A stretch of DNA of 64,000 nt from Octopus vulgaris (taxonomy: Eukaryota). The stretch covers positions 35,278,001-35,342,000 of the forward strand of contig OX597828.1 in the NCBI GenBank assembly GCA_951406725.2. The letters run 5' to 3'. This document shows positions 28,161 to 42,824 of this stretch, piece by piece (position 1 is the stretch's first letter; every line of letters starts with the position of its first letter). A program made the position numbers and the translations under genes. The notes beneath the pieces were generated by a model, which saw nothing but the letters and a program-made list of their open reading frames with translations, was not told the origin of the DNA and ran no database searches.

Positions 28161-28599
28161 AAGATCACAGAAATTTCGGTTAGAACACAAAGAACTCTGT
28201 TGTACAGATGGCACATAGCATCTAGTCTGGTGCTCTACCAGCTTCATCAATTCACCACCCTAGGGTAGTACTTTTCTTTTATCTAACCTGGAAGAAGGAA
28301 AAAGTGAAGTTGGCCTCAGCAGGATTTGAACTCAGTGCACAGAGATTGGAACGAATACCCCAAAGCATTCAATTTAATGCACCAATGATTCTACCAATCT
28401 GCAGCCTTGCTTTCAGCCTTTAACTAAAGTCTTGTAATAAGAGAATATACTAACTTCAAATCATACAGCACTATGTGGAAGTGCATGGTCTAGTGGTTAG
28501 AGTGTTGCCCTCATGATTGGCAGATTATGGGTTCAGTTCTCATACTGATGGTGTGATATGTTCTTGGAGCAAAACACTTCATTTCACATTACTCTAGCG

Positions 28600-28965
28600 C
28601 TGTGTGGTGAACGTGCATGGCTCAGTGGTTAGAGCATTGAGCTTACGATCATGAGGTTGTTAGTTCGATTCCTGGTCCTGGCTGCATGTTGTGTTCTTGA
28701 GCAAGACACTTTATTTCATGCTGCTCCAGTTCACTCAGCCATAGAAATGAGTCATGACGTCACTGGTGCCAAGCTGTATCGGCCCCTTTGCTTTTCCCTT
28801 AGATAACATGGGTGGCGTGAAGAGGGGAGGTTGGTATTCATAGGCGACTGCTGGTCTTTCTTAATAACAATCTTAGGTTGTGCGTTTGCCAGTGAGGTGA
28901 TTTTCCACCCAGACATGTTCCCCAGGGGGGAACCTCTTAGGTGCACCCATGGTCATTCGTGACTG
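28600..28965 (+). mobile_element. tRNA-derived SINE family D
   Basis: A box ggctcagtggttagagc, B box gttcgattcc, core gtgttcttgagcaagacactttatttca. Relatives at about 18905-19395, 28475-28595, 38865-39170 and 53690-53905. Confidence 0.8.
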
Positions 28966-29479
28966 ACAGTTGAGTCAAGTGTTGTGTGAGGACCGGCATG
29001 TCAAAGAACAGACCCAACATTTCCTCTGCATGTCTTAAAAGGGGTCTAAAAGAGGTTGAAGTAGGATTTACACTCTGACCTTGTAAAACCCTCCCCAGCA
29101 GCACCTATCCAAACAGGAGTACTGGGGGCAATTTGTTGGACTAAAACCCTTCGTAGCAGTGCCCCAGCATGGCCACAGTCCAATAACCGAAAAAAATAAA
29201 AGAAACTATAAAAAACTATTTTTTATAGTTGTTGGATTTGAACCCAGGATCCACGGCACCAAGGATGACAGTTCTTTGCAGTTAGTTGCACTCTAAGTAC
29301 TAAGTCATGGCATACCTGACCAATATTGAAATTTCATGTGATTTTATACCACTTTAAGCGTTCGACTCAATTTCTTTTGATTGTTTGGTTGAAGAGAAAG
29401 GAGGCGAGGGCTATCAAAGAATGGAAAATGCACTGTATTATTTTTGGCAAAGGAGGAAGAGATCGAAGTGGAGAATACG

Positions 29480-32075
<2,596 letters not shown>

Positions 32076-32268
32076 AACATCAATATGAAACATATTCTTT
32101 TTTTCTTCTTCCTCCTCTTTTATTTCATCAACCAACCATGTGCACGTTTCAAAACATTCCATTACTTCTGTCTGCAAACATCTTTCTGTCCATTTCCTCC
32201 CACCCCACTACACTCCCTCACCCCTTATTTCTGTCACTAAAATCATATATTCATATGCATACATACAT

Positions 32269-32300
<32 letters not shown>

Positions 32301-32639
32301 TGATATACCTCAAGAACTAAAATGTATAAAGCAAGCACCAACCAGGTCTTGTAATCTCAACATTTTTTCAATATTTCAGTTTTCCAATTTTTCAATTATT
32401 TTTTTTTAAGTTTTATTTCCTTGTTTTTTATCAATATTTTCTCTATCTTATTTTTATTTCACTTTTATTTTGATATCATTTGTTGTGGGGCATATTATTT
32501 TTTATTCATTTATTATGGTCTTTTTTTTTTTTTTATTATTATTTTCCGATTAAAAGTTTCTGAGAAATTGTCATCAGAAATTTCACAAAGGCCAAGATAA
32601 CAAACAGAATCAGCAGCATGACCACAATAAGTGGCTTTG

Positions 32640-33885
32640 CTGCCATGCCACTCTTCCACCCATGCCACTCCAATGCTAACACCACTCAAACATCAGCACC
32701 ACTCCAACGCCACTCACACAGCAACACCACTCCAATACTGCTCAAACAGTGCTCTACTATCATTACCACTCCATGACCAACACCACTCCACCAACCAATG
32801 CCACTCAAGCACCAACACCACTCAACTAACCAATGCAGCTCAAACACTAACATCTCTCCACCATCAACACCACTCAAACACCAGTCCACTGTCGATACCA
32901 CTCCATGACCAACACCACTCTACCAATGCCACTCTGCCATTGTGTAAACACACACCCCATCACTACCACTCCACTAGTAACACTACTCCACAGCCAATGC
33001 CACTCCAATACCAACAGCACTCTGCCATCATCACTCCAATGCTGGCAGTGCTCTACCAACACCATTCCAATGCCACTCCAATACCAGCAGTGCTCTGTCA
33101 TCACCACTCCAATGCCACTCCAATATAGGCAGCATCTCTGCTTTGCCAACACTACTCTACCACCAACATCATTTACACTATTCTACCACTAACACTACTC
33201 TGTTATCAACACCACACCACCACTCCAATGCCACTCCAACATGAACACTACTCCATCAGGATCACCACTTCATCTCAACTACTGATACTGCTCCAACATC
33301 ATCCAACGCTATTCCACCACCAATGCCACCCTGACACCAATGCCATCACCAACACTATTCAACTACTACCATTAAGCACCACCAGCACCACCCTCACCAT
33401 GACCACCACCACCAACACTACTACTGTGTTACTAATACTTCTACATCTACCACAACCTATACTATCACCACTAAAGCCACTGTGATTACCAGCAACAACA
33501 CCAACACTACCCCTGGTACCATCGTCACCATTTCTTGTGACTACTACTTTCTGAGTTCATATGCTGCCAAGGTGGACTATGCTTTTCATCCTTTTGGAGT
33601 CGATAAAATAAGTACCAGTTGCGTACTCGGGTAGATCTAATCAACTTACCTCCTCATCTGGAATTGCTGGCCTTGTGCCAAAATTTAAAACCCTTATTAC
33701 AACAACTAATTAACCCTACCAAGATAACTATCTCCACAACCACCACCACAAATACTACTACTACCACCACCACTTCTACTACTACTACTACTACCACCAC
33801 CGCCACTACTACTACCACCACACCACCACCGCCATTACTACTACTACACCATTACTACTACTACTACTGCTTGCTACTACTATTT

Positions 33886-33946
<61 letters not shown>

Positions 33947-34612
33947 CACCACCACCACCACCACTACTGCTGCAATTAAATTGGTGACATCTCTCACCTC
34001 AATTTAGTGTTCTCATAATCACTTCGCACTTCAAACTGTCATCATCTGAATCTTGTCATTGTCATCATTATAGCCATCATCATCATAACCATCATAATAA
34101 CCATCATTGTCAGAACATCACCATCATTACCATCACCATCGCCATTATCATCATCATCATCATTATTACCATCATCTTCTTATCCATCATTATCATAACC
34201 ATCATCATCATAAGCATCATCATCATAATCATCATCATAACATCATCACCATCACCATCAACATCACCATCATCATCATCACCATCACCATCTTAACCAT
34301 CATTATCATAACATCATCATCATCATAACCATCACCATAACCATCATCATCATCACTATCTTAACCATCATTCTCATCATAACCATTATCATCATAACCA
34401 TCGTAACCATCACCATCATAACCATCATCATCATTACCTTTCATCATCATAACCATCATCATCATAACATCATCACTATCACCATCATCAGAACCATTGT
34501 CATCATCATCATCATCATCATCATCATTGCCCTAGTCATCATCTTCATCATCGTCATCATCATCCTCATCACCATCGTCGTCATCATCATCATCATCATC
34601 ATCCTCAACAAC
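32640..34612. repeat. Degenerate CCACTCCA-based low-complexity array followed by (CTA)n/(CAC)n/(CAT)n
   Basis: Recurrent (a/g)ccactccaat motifs at 32640-33500, then trinucleotide repeats. Confidence 0.85.
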
Positions 34613-34782
34613 ATGCTACTGCACCAGTCCTAAATCAATACAGTCTTAACAGATTCTTTGGCATCTTGGAATGGTAATTACTTTCTTAGCCTTCATCTTA
34701 GCTCATTGCAAGCCACTTATGCCCTCCTGCATTTCCTGTGAACTTTCAGTCCTTCACTTTTTATCTACTTATTCTTTTGTAA

Positions 34783-34835
<53 letters not shown>

Positions 34836-34841
<6 letters not shown>

Positions 34842-35201
34842 ATAAATATTAGGGAATAAATCCAAATTTACAGGGAAAAAAACAGATTTAGGATTGAATC
34901 CAATTTTATAGTAAAATATTATATTATATTAATTAGAGACAAAACCACTATTATGCAAATCAAACAAAGAAATACTTAAGCCAATATATAAAAAATTTTT
35001 ATATAAATTAAATATAATTAAAATAACCACTACGATCGTTTCGTGTCAGCACTTCTATGAGACATTCTTCAGGTGGATTCAAAACCTTCTTTGCAAGTTT
35101 TAAACTATGAACTTAATTTATATAAAAAATTTTTATATATTGGCTTAAGTCTTTCTTTGTTTGATTTGCATAATAGTGGTTTTGTCTCTAATTAATATAA
35201 T
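34836..35201. mobile_element. Penelope-like pLTR fold-back element (recent)
   Basis: Nearly perfect inverted arms of about 89 bp (34923-35011 / 35113-35201) with the hammerhead in the spacer; (TA)n on both sides. Confidence 0.8.
35027..35076 (-). ncRNA. Minimal type I hammerhead ribozyme (intact core)
   Basis: CCAC-CUGAAGA-A-UGUC(loop)GACA-C-GAAA-CGAUCG-UA-GUGG. Confidence 0.9.
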
Positions 35202-35233
35202 ATATATATATATATATATCTACTTACACGTAC

Positions 35234-35265
<32 letters not shown>

Positions 35266-35516
35266 CTTCTTCCTCCTCGTCATAATCTCAATGTCCACTT
35301 TTCCATGCTTGCATGGGTCAGACAGAATTCACTGAAGCAGATTTTCAATGGCCAGATGCCTTTCCCGTTGCTCAACTTCACCTGTTTTCAAAGCAAGGCA
35401 ATATCTTCCCCACAGCCAGACACGTTTCTCACAAAAGACTGGATACAAACAACATCACTTGTATGCCAGTGAAACTCATTTACAACCAACTTGCAATATT
35501 GACAAGGGTATATGCA

Positions 35517-35553
<37 letters not shown>

Positions 35554-35959
35554 ATATACATATGTGTATGTGTATGTATATATTAAAAATAGTTCACAAT
35601 TACAGAGTTGACAACATTCTTTGCCTTTATCATATGGGAATGAAATGGAGAGAATCAATCAATCTAAATTAAATTTTTCGTTGTTGTTATTATTAACCAT
35701 TACACCATATACATTATGTGATCAGATGGTTTGAGTTTTTTTTTGTACCTTAATCCAAAGAGTGGAGATGTGTTGAACAAAATAATTTGCAGCACTTATT
35801 TATTTTCTTTGTATTATGATTCCTAATGCAACCATGTTAAGTTTCTTGTTTGTTATTATCTGGTCAATTACAGAAGTACCAGTCATGTACTATTCACCCA
35901 TCCACTCATCTTTTCTGCCCACTATTCCTGGAAGGATTGTTGGAGAAGAGTCCTCAGGC

Positions 35960-36420
35960 ACCTCTTTCACTGGATACTCTCAGACCATTACACTTTCCTG
36001 TTGAATTCCCAACCATAATAACCAAATGAGACAATGGATATTATCCAACCATCGTTGTTCTTGGTCTACCCCTAGATCTCCTGTTAGTTGACTTGACTTG
36101 AAGAATCCATCTTCTGATTCTTTTCTAATGACATGTCCACAGTTCTGGAGCTGTGACCCCTCAGTGTGAAGAAATAGCCGCTCAACCTTAAAAGACTCCC
36201 TGATCTCTGAGTTACACACCCTGTTGAGTAATGTCATTCCAGAAATTCTTTGGAGGACCCCCATTTTGGGCTGTTTGTATTTGCAATCATACAACATTTT
36301 CAGTGATTACCCAACATTCATGAACAGAGATGAGGATAAGCATGGAAACCAAATTGTAGACAGCAAGTTTGGCTATTTTTTACCAATTTCTCCTTTTCTG
36401 AGAATTGAATGCTGAAGCTG
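35960..36420 (-). mobile_element. RTE-clade LINE 3' ORF fragment (degenerate)
   Basis: Translation LQRISGMTLLNRVCNSEIRESFKVERL...QLQNCGHVIR...RWLDNI matches the RTE C-terminal pattern. Confidence 0.8.
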
Positions 36421-37842
36421 GCACATGACTATCCCAACACCTGCAATTCCAGTTCCAAATTCTGCCACCTGCCTCCCATCCAAGTACTACTGAAAGTTGA
36501 ATTAATCCCTGGTCCTAAAATTTGAAGAAGCCTTAAGCTGAACCTGCAGTAATTACTGGTTCAAAACTTTATCGTTCTTGTAAATGGCAAAGTAAAAGAA
36601 GGAAGGACTTGAACTCAGGAAATCGAGATCCAAGATGCTGTGTCCACACCTCTAAAAATTCCTTTTAAAAAGCCTATGCTGGATAATGTAAATATTTGAT
36701 ATATAATATCTCAAAGTGAAAGATTTAATGGTCATTGTTGAGATTTGTTTTGATCATAGATATACTCAATCAGGACTTACCTAGGGCTAAATAATAATAA
36801 CAACAACAACAACAACAACAACAACTATGACAGCAATCTTACAAAAGTTCAAACTGAACATTAAACCTCCCAACATTTTCTAACATTCCTGTTCTAATGG
36901 TGAAGAGTTTAGTTAAAGGTTCGCGTCTAAAAACTAAAAAAAAAAAAGATAGAAAAGAAAAAGAAAAAAACACAGCGAATTACAAACCATGTCTTGTTAA
37001 AATCACAAGTCGTTGTCCTGTTTAGTAAACGGAAGCATCAGTCATTTTCATGGAGCTGCAAAAGAAAATTATATTTATCAATCACAAGAAATTCCCTGCT
37101 AACTGCTCAATATGAAGCATTCATTGCTTTTCCTTTTTAATATTTCCTTCTTCTGTTTTTTTCCCCTTTTACATTCCTTCGTCATACACTTCGTTATCAA
37201 TGTTCTTTACCTGCAAGACAAGGTGATGTTAACGATGAGTTCTCTTGCTTGTCAGCAATCGTTAAGCCTAAGCGTCCATCAAACTAACTTCTATTTGTGA
37301 ATTCTTTCAATGCTTTATGAGGTGGAGGTGATGGGGTGGAAATTGGTACACTGACAGCGGACAAGTGTCTCTTGACAGAGATAGATCTAGGATTAGGCTC
37401 CAACAACCTGAATGAGAGCCTTTAATATCAGGAATATGTACTGCTCAGTGAATAATCACCAAATTTCTTGACAGACTTAAGGTTTCAATAACATAAGTAG
37501 TTATTTATTGTAAAGCCAACCGATATTGCAAACAATCATTTTATGACACTTACAGGGGTTATATTTAAGTGAAACAACACGGAGAAGGACCTTAAATACC
37601 AAGTTAGTGACAACAAATTACCATACAGCAACTAGTTTTGCTTTTGGTAGGGGATCGATCAATATGGTTATGACCTTTTAAAGTGACAGAGATTCATCCA
37701 GAATCTTGTACCTGGATTTGCCTGTGATTGTACGAAATTCTCTGATCTCTGACCATATATGGTCATAAGTAGTGCTTAAGTAAGTTAGCTGAAAATAATA
37801 ACTAACATTCATGGAAATTATATATTTCTTATTACCAACATA

Positions 37843-38246
37843 GGTGCAGGAGTGGCTGTGTGGTAAGTAGCTTGCTTACCAACCACATGGTTCCGGGTTC
37901 ATTCCCATTGCGTGGCACCTTGGGCAAGTGTCTTCTACCATAGCCTCAGGCCGACCAAAGCCTTGTGAGTGGATTTTGTAGACGGAAACTGAAAGAAGCC
38001 CATCGTACATATGTATATATATATGTATATGTATGTGTATATATGTTTGTGTGTCTGTGTTTGTCCCCCCAACATTGCTTGACAACTGATGATGGTGTGT
38101 TTATGTCCCTGTAACTTAGCGGTTTGGCAAAGAGACCCATAGAATAAGTACTAGGCTTCCAATGAATAACTCCTGGGGTTGATTTGCTTGACTAAAGGTG
38201 ATGCTCCAGGATGGCCACAGTTGAATGACTGAAACAAGTAAAAGAG
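37843..38246 (+). mobile_element. SINE family A, full length
   Basis: Complete head, core and tail. Confidence 0.9.
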
Positions 38247-38264
38247 ACAAAGTGAAGCAGTACT

Positions 38265-38771
38265 TGTATACATTGCAGGCCTTTTCAGGTCTATCTTTAA
38301 ATTACTGAGGTTGATTCATGTTCACTTTCAGGTTTTGTCTGATATTGGAGTAAAGATTATTTGCCAACATAACATGGCAGTCCTGGTTTAGGACGAATGT
38401 TGCTGTAATTTAGCCCCAGGAGACATTGGCTCCAGCTGGTTATACGACACGATCTGTGTCCTTATATTTTTGAGCAAGGGAATTTAGCACCCCCACTCAG
38501 CCCAAAACAATATCTGTGTATCGCGATTTCCGGATTATTTCCCTTCATCAGCACAGAATAATTGTTCGGCTAGGGAATAAACCTGGAAATCGCAATACAC
38601 AGATATTGTTTTGAGCTGAGTGGGGGTGCTAGATTCCCTTGTTCAAAAATATAAGGACACAGATTGTGTTGTATAGCCAGGTGAAGACGATATCTCCTGG
38701 AGCTAAATTACAGCAACATTCATCCTAAATCAGGACTGCCATGTTATGTTGGCAAACAATCTTTACTCCAA
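38265..38771. mobile_element. Penelope-like pLTR fold-back element
   Basis: Inverted arms of about 187 bp (38345-38531 / 38585-38771), a hammerhead at the inner end, an ~80-bp unpaired tail, and a possible TSD AGTACT (38259-64 / 38772-77). Confidence 0.8.
38513..38557 (-). ncRNA. Minimal type I hammerhead ribozyme (intact core)
   Basis: UCUGUG-CUGAUGA-AGGGAAAUAAUCCG-GAAA-UCGCGA-UA-CACAGA: 6-bp stem I, short stem II, palindromic helix III. Confidence 0.9.
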
Positions 38772-39827
38772 AGTACTATTGCTGAATATCTCACATTGTG
38801 AGATTTACAAATAGTAATTTTCTAATTGTCTGATATTGTTATTGTTACCCTGTGAAGATTCTTGGCTTAGTGGTTAGGGTGTTCAACTCATGGTCACAAG
38901 GTCATGAGTTCAATATGCTGTGATGCATTGTGACCTTAAGCAAGATACTAAATTTCTCGTTGCTCCAGTCTATTCAACTGGCAAAAATGAATTGTACATG
39001 TAATTTAAAGGGCCGGCCTTGTCACATTCTGTGCCACACTGAAACAGCTTGAGAACTACATTAAGGGTATGTGCGTCCATGGAGTGCTCAGCCACTTTCA
39101 AATTAATTTCACGAGCAGGCTGTTCCATTGATAGGATCAACTCGAACCCTTCGTAATCGATGGAGTGCCAAAATGTTGCTGTTATTTAACCCCTGCTGAG
39201 GGTGGTGAGCTGGCAGAATCGTTAGCAGCCTGGACAAAATGCATAGTGGCCTTACCTCCAGCTTTACATTCTGAGTTCAAATTCTGCTGAGGTCAACTCT
39301 GCCTTTCCTCCTTCTTAGCACTGGGGTCAATGTAATCAACTAGTCCCCTGTCCACCAAATTTCAGGTCTTGTGCTTATATAGAAAGAATTATTTAACCCC
39401 CACCTAAGACCTGAAATAAATAACCATTCAATCATGACCATTTTTTCTTTTTTTTTTTATCTCATATGTTGTGTATTTTTCTTTTACTTCGCCCTGTCAC
39501 TAAATTCTGGCCATGCTGGGGCAGACTTTACCTCAAATGGTTTACTCAAATAAATTGACCCAATGCTTATTTTTAACTCTGATACTTTTTTTATCGATCT
39601 CTTTTGCAAAACTGCTAAGTTACAGTGATGTAAATAAATACCAGTTGTGAAGCAGCTGGGTGGGTGGAGGATGGGAGTGGTGGAGTACAGAAGGGCACAC
39701 ACAAGGCATTAGTCAGTCTGAAGCCATAGTAGAAGACACTTGCCCAAGGGGCTGCACAGAGAGACTGAACCCTTAAGCTGACCTTTATGAGTGAATTTGG
39801 TGGACGGAAATTGAGTGGCAGGCCATT

Positions 39828-40220
39828 GTGTGTGTGTGTGTGTGTGTGTGAGCATGTGTGTGTGAGCATGTATGTGTGAGCAAGCATGTGTGTGTGAACA
39901 TGCGTGTGAATGTGTGAGCGTGTGTGTGTGTGAGCATGTGTGAGTGAGTGTGTGTGTGAACATGTATGTGTGTGTGTCAGCATGTGTGTGTGTGTGAGCA
40001 TGCATGTGTGTGTGTGGGGGGGAGGGAGGAGGATGCATGTGAGAGTGTGTTTGAGCTTGTGTGTGTATAAGCATGTGTGTGTGTGAGCATGCACACATGT
40101 GTGTGTCTGAGCATGCATGTGTGTGAGCATACGTGTGTGTGTGTGAGCATGTGTACATGTATGTGTGTATGTTTGTGTGCATGTGAGCATGCATGCGCGT
40201 GCACGTGCATGTGTGTGCAT
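39828..40220. repeat. (TG)n-derived array punctuated by GAGCAT
   Basis: Direct reading. Confidence 0.9.
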
Positions 40221-40850
40221 GCCTTTGGCGAAAGACACTGGATATGAAGTTCAATTTTTTTCATTAGTCTCTCTGCTACCTCATTTGATCCGCTAACCCC
40301 ATTCATAATTTCAGTCAATGGAGGACTTAATTAACAGCCGGCCATCAACTCACACCCCACCATCTTTTCCAAAACCACACGCACAAAAATAAAAACAAAC
40401 AAAAAAATCGATCAGTTCAACTTGATAGCAATCCGAGTTGGGTTTGAACTCACTTCCTCACCCTTTACTCTACTTACTGCCATGCATGCTCCACTGATTG
40501 AATATTATGCCGAATCGAGAGAAACACGATAGGTTGTTTGAGTAACGCGAAGTAGCTTTTTCCGACTTTGCTTCCTGCATGTAAACAAGGAATTAGGCTT
40601 AGGGTGGATGCACATGCGTCGAATCGGAGCTGTTTGCTTTTCATCGTGATTACGAGATATATTTATGTTTACCAACAGACAACGAAGATAACCAGGATTC
40701 TTCTAGCATACACACACACACACACACACACACAATCACACACACATTCATACACACACAATCACACTTACACAGATATTCATCTAGGATCACTCACGGG
40801 GATCAAGTTTAAGCTTTCCAAAATAGATATTGATTTTATTTTTATTCACG

Positions 40851-41064
40851 ATGGAAAACAGGACATCCAGTCTTCGCAAGGGAGAGATCTTCCTCCTCCA
40901 CCTCCTCCTCCTCATCATCATCACAATCATCAGCATCATCGTCATCACCATCACCATCACCACTACCTGTGCCGTCACCATTTTCACCATTGTTACTGGT
41001 TGTTGTTGCTGCTTCTGTTGCTTCAGAAATAGGATATTGGTTTTGGAAGTGAATATTCTATCAA
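40851..41064 (+). CDS. Possible first coding exon with a hydrophobic signal/anchor segment (speculative)
   Basis: ATG at 40851 opens MENRTSSLRKGEIFLLHLLLLIIITIISIIVITITITTTCAVTIFTIVTGCCCFCCFRNR..., with a candidate phase-1 donor TCAA|GTAAAT at 41065 compatible with the 56623 exon. The hydrophobic stretch comes largely from CTC/CAT repeats, so it may be an artefact. Confidence 0.2.
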
Positions 41065-41309
41065 GTAAATTGTTTGAGTGGAGAAAAATAAGCATTTTGA
41101 TGGTTACTGAAGAATGTGGAGTTTAGAAATGGAAATGCTATACTGAATGGTATATGAAGAAGAAGGAAAAGAAGAAGTAGAAGAAAGTATGGTAGAATAG
41201 AGTCTGTGACTTCGACTGGAAAATTTCACTTTTGGGGAAGGAATTACAAGAAATACGAAATCCATCTACTGAAGAGAACATAATACAATTAGCTGAGACA
41301 GTGGACTCC

Positions 41310-41600
41310 TCTCACTTGCATGTGCCATGTCTTCTTCATATTGCGAGAAAAACTGGGTGTACGTAGCATTAGATGTAATGTGCAAGAGAGAAGACTGTGC
41401 TGGTATGGCCATGGAATGTGTATGAATGAAGACAGTTGCATAAAGAGTGCTGATCACTAATTGTGGAAGGGGTAGTCCCAAGAAGACGTGGGATAAAGTG
41501 GCGAGAAAAGATCTACAAATGTTGGGACCCACAGAGGGGAGGACAGGGGACTGAGATTCCTGGCAGTTTGCTGTGTTTGAAAAAACATGTCGAACTAAGT
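41310..41600 (+). mobile_element. RTE-clade LINE 3' fragment (degenerate)
   Basis: RLCWYGHGMCMNEDSCIK...GRGSPKKTWDKVARKDLQMLG resembles the RTE motif WxGHVxRM...GRPxxxW. Confidence 0.75.
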
Positions 41601-41939
41601 AAAACCATGGCTGTCTTTGCATACAGGCTTGTCCCCTGCAAACCTCTCCAGCTGAGCATCCCTAATTTTACAGGCTTGTAGGTACTGGTCCCACATAAAA
41701 AGCAACGAGAAATAAAGTGTCTTGCTTAAGGTCACAATGCATCACTGCATATTGGTGCTGCGTAAAAGCACCCAGTACATTCTGTAGAGTGGTTGGCATT
41801 AAGGAGGGCATCCAGCTATAGAAACCCTGCCAAAACAGATATGGAGCCTGAGCAGCCCTTCAGATGGTCAGCTTCTGTCAAACCATCCAACCCATGACAG
41901 CAATGGAAAATAGACATTAAAAGACAATGATGATGAGAT

Positions 41940-42193
41940 CAGTGGTTCTCAACTGTAGTCCATATGGCCCTTGGGGGTCCACATAAGATTTTGTATTTAT
42001 CTGCAATAAATTGGTTATATTTCTATAATTCATGAAATAATTTAACAATTTTTGTTTTTTGTATAATTCCAAATAAGATTTAATTATAAAAATGTAAAAG
42101 GACTTTTTGAAACATTGAATGGCTTGGAGGTTCCATCTGGGGAAGATAGGAATCAACAGGGTCTCCAGGCAAAAAAAGGTTTGAGGAATACAG
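41940..42193. mobile_element. hAT/Charlie-type MITE (degenerate)
   Basis: Starts cagtggttctcaact...ggggtccac and ends aaaaaaggtttgaggaatacag; related to the 14567 element. Confidence 0.6.
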
Positions 42194-42636
42194 AGACAGA
42201 TCCAGAATAATCCCAGATGAGTGTAATCTAATTAACTAGGATACAGTCTGTGTTAGGGTGTCAGTATACACTAGGCACAGGCATGGCTGTGTGGCTGAGG
42301 TTCAATCCCATGACACGGCACCTTGGGCAATTGTCTTCGACTATAGCCCCAGGCTGACCGAAGCTTCATGAGTTTGATAAATGGAAACTGAAAGAAGCCT
42401 ATTTGTGTGTGTGTGTGTGTGTTTTTGTGTGTATATCATCAGCATCATTATCATCATTTAACAACTGTTTCCATACTGGCATGGTTTGGATGGTTTGACA
42501 GGAGCTGGCAAGCTGGAGAACTTCACTAAGCCCTAAATGTCTGTTTTCACATAGTTTCTATGGCTGGATGCCCTTCCTAATGCCAACCACTTTATAGAGT
42601 GTAATGGGTGCTTTTTACATGGCACCAGCATGGAGA

Positions 42637-42686
<50 letters not shown>

Positions 42687-42780
42687 CACACATATACACT
42701 AGGTTGAGGAAAAAGTTCATGTTAAAATAAGTCCAAAGAATGAGATGGAAGGCATTTATCCACGACAATCAAAAATGCAG

Positions 42781-42824
42781 CTGATGAAGGGATATAATAA
42801 ATATCCTGGAAACAGCTGTAAGAC
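42781..42824 (+). ncRNA. Hammerhead core with the 5' strand of stem I lost
   Basis: CUGAUGA-A-GGGAUAU(aauaa)AUAUCCU-G-GAAA-CAGCUG-UA-AGAC; the next ~70 bp are homologous to 55702-55770. Confidence 0.78.

Noticed and set aside
32631-33485. Mucin-like or His/Thr-rich coding sequence
   Set aside because: A degenerate CCACTCCA repeat with broken ORFs in all frames and no splice signals.
37169-37210. Possible minus-strand terminal exon VKNIDNEVYDEGM* after cttgtcttgcAG
   Set aside because: Only 13 sense codons plus a stop; such matches arise by chance and no upstream exon was identified.
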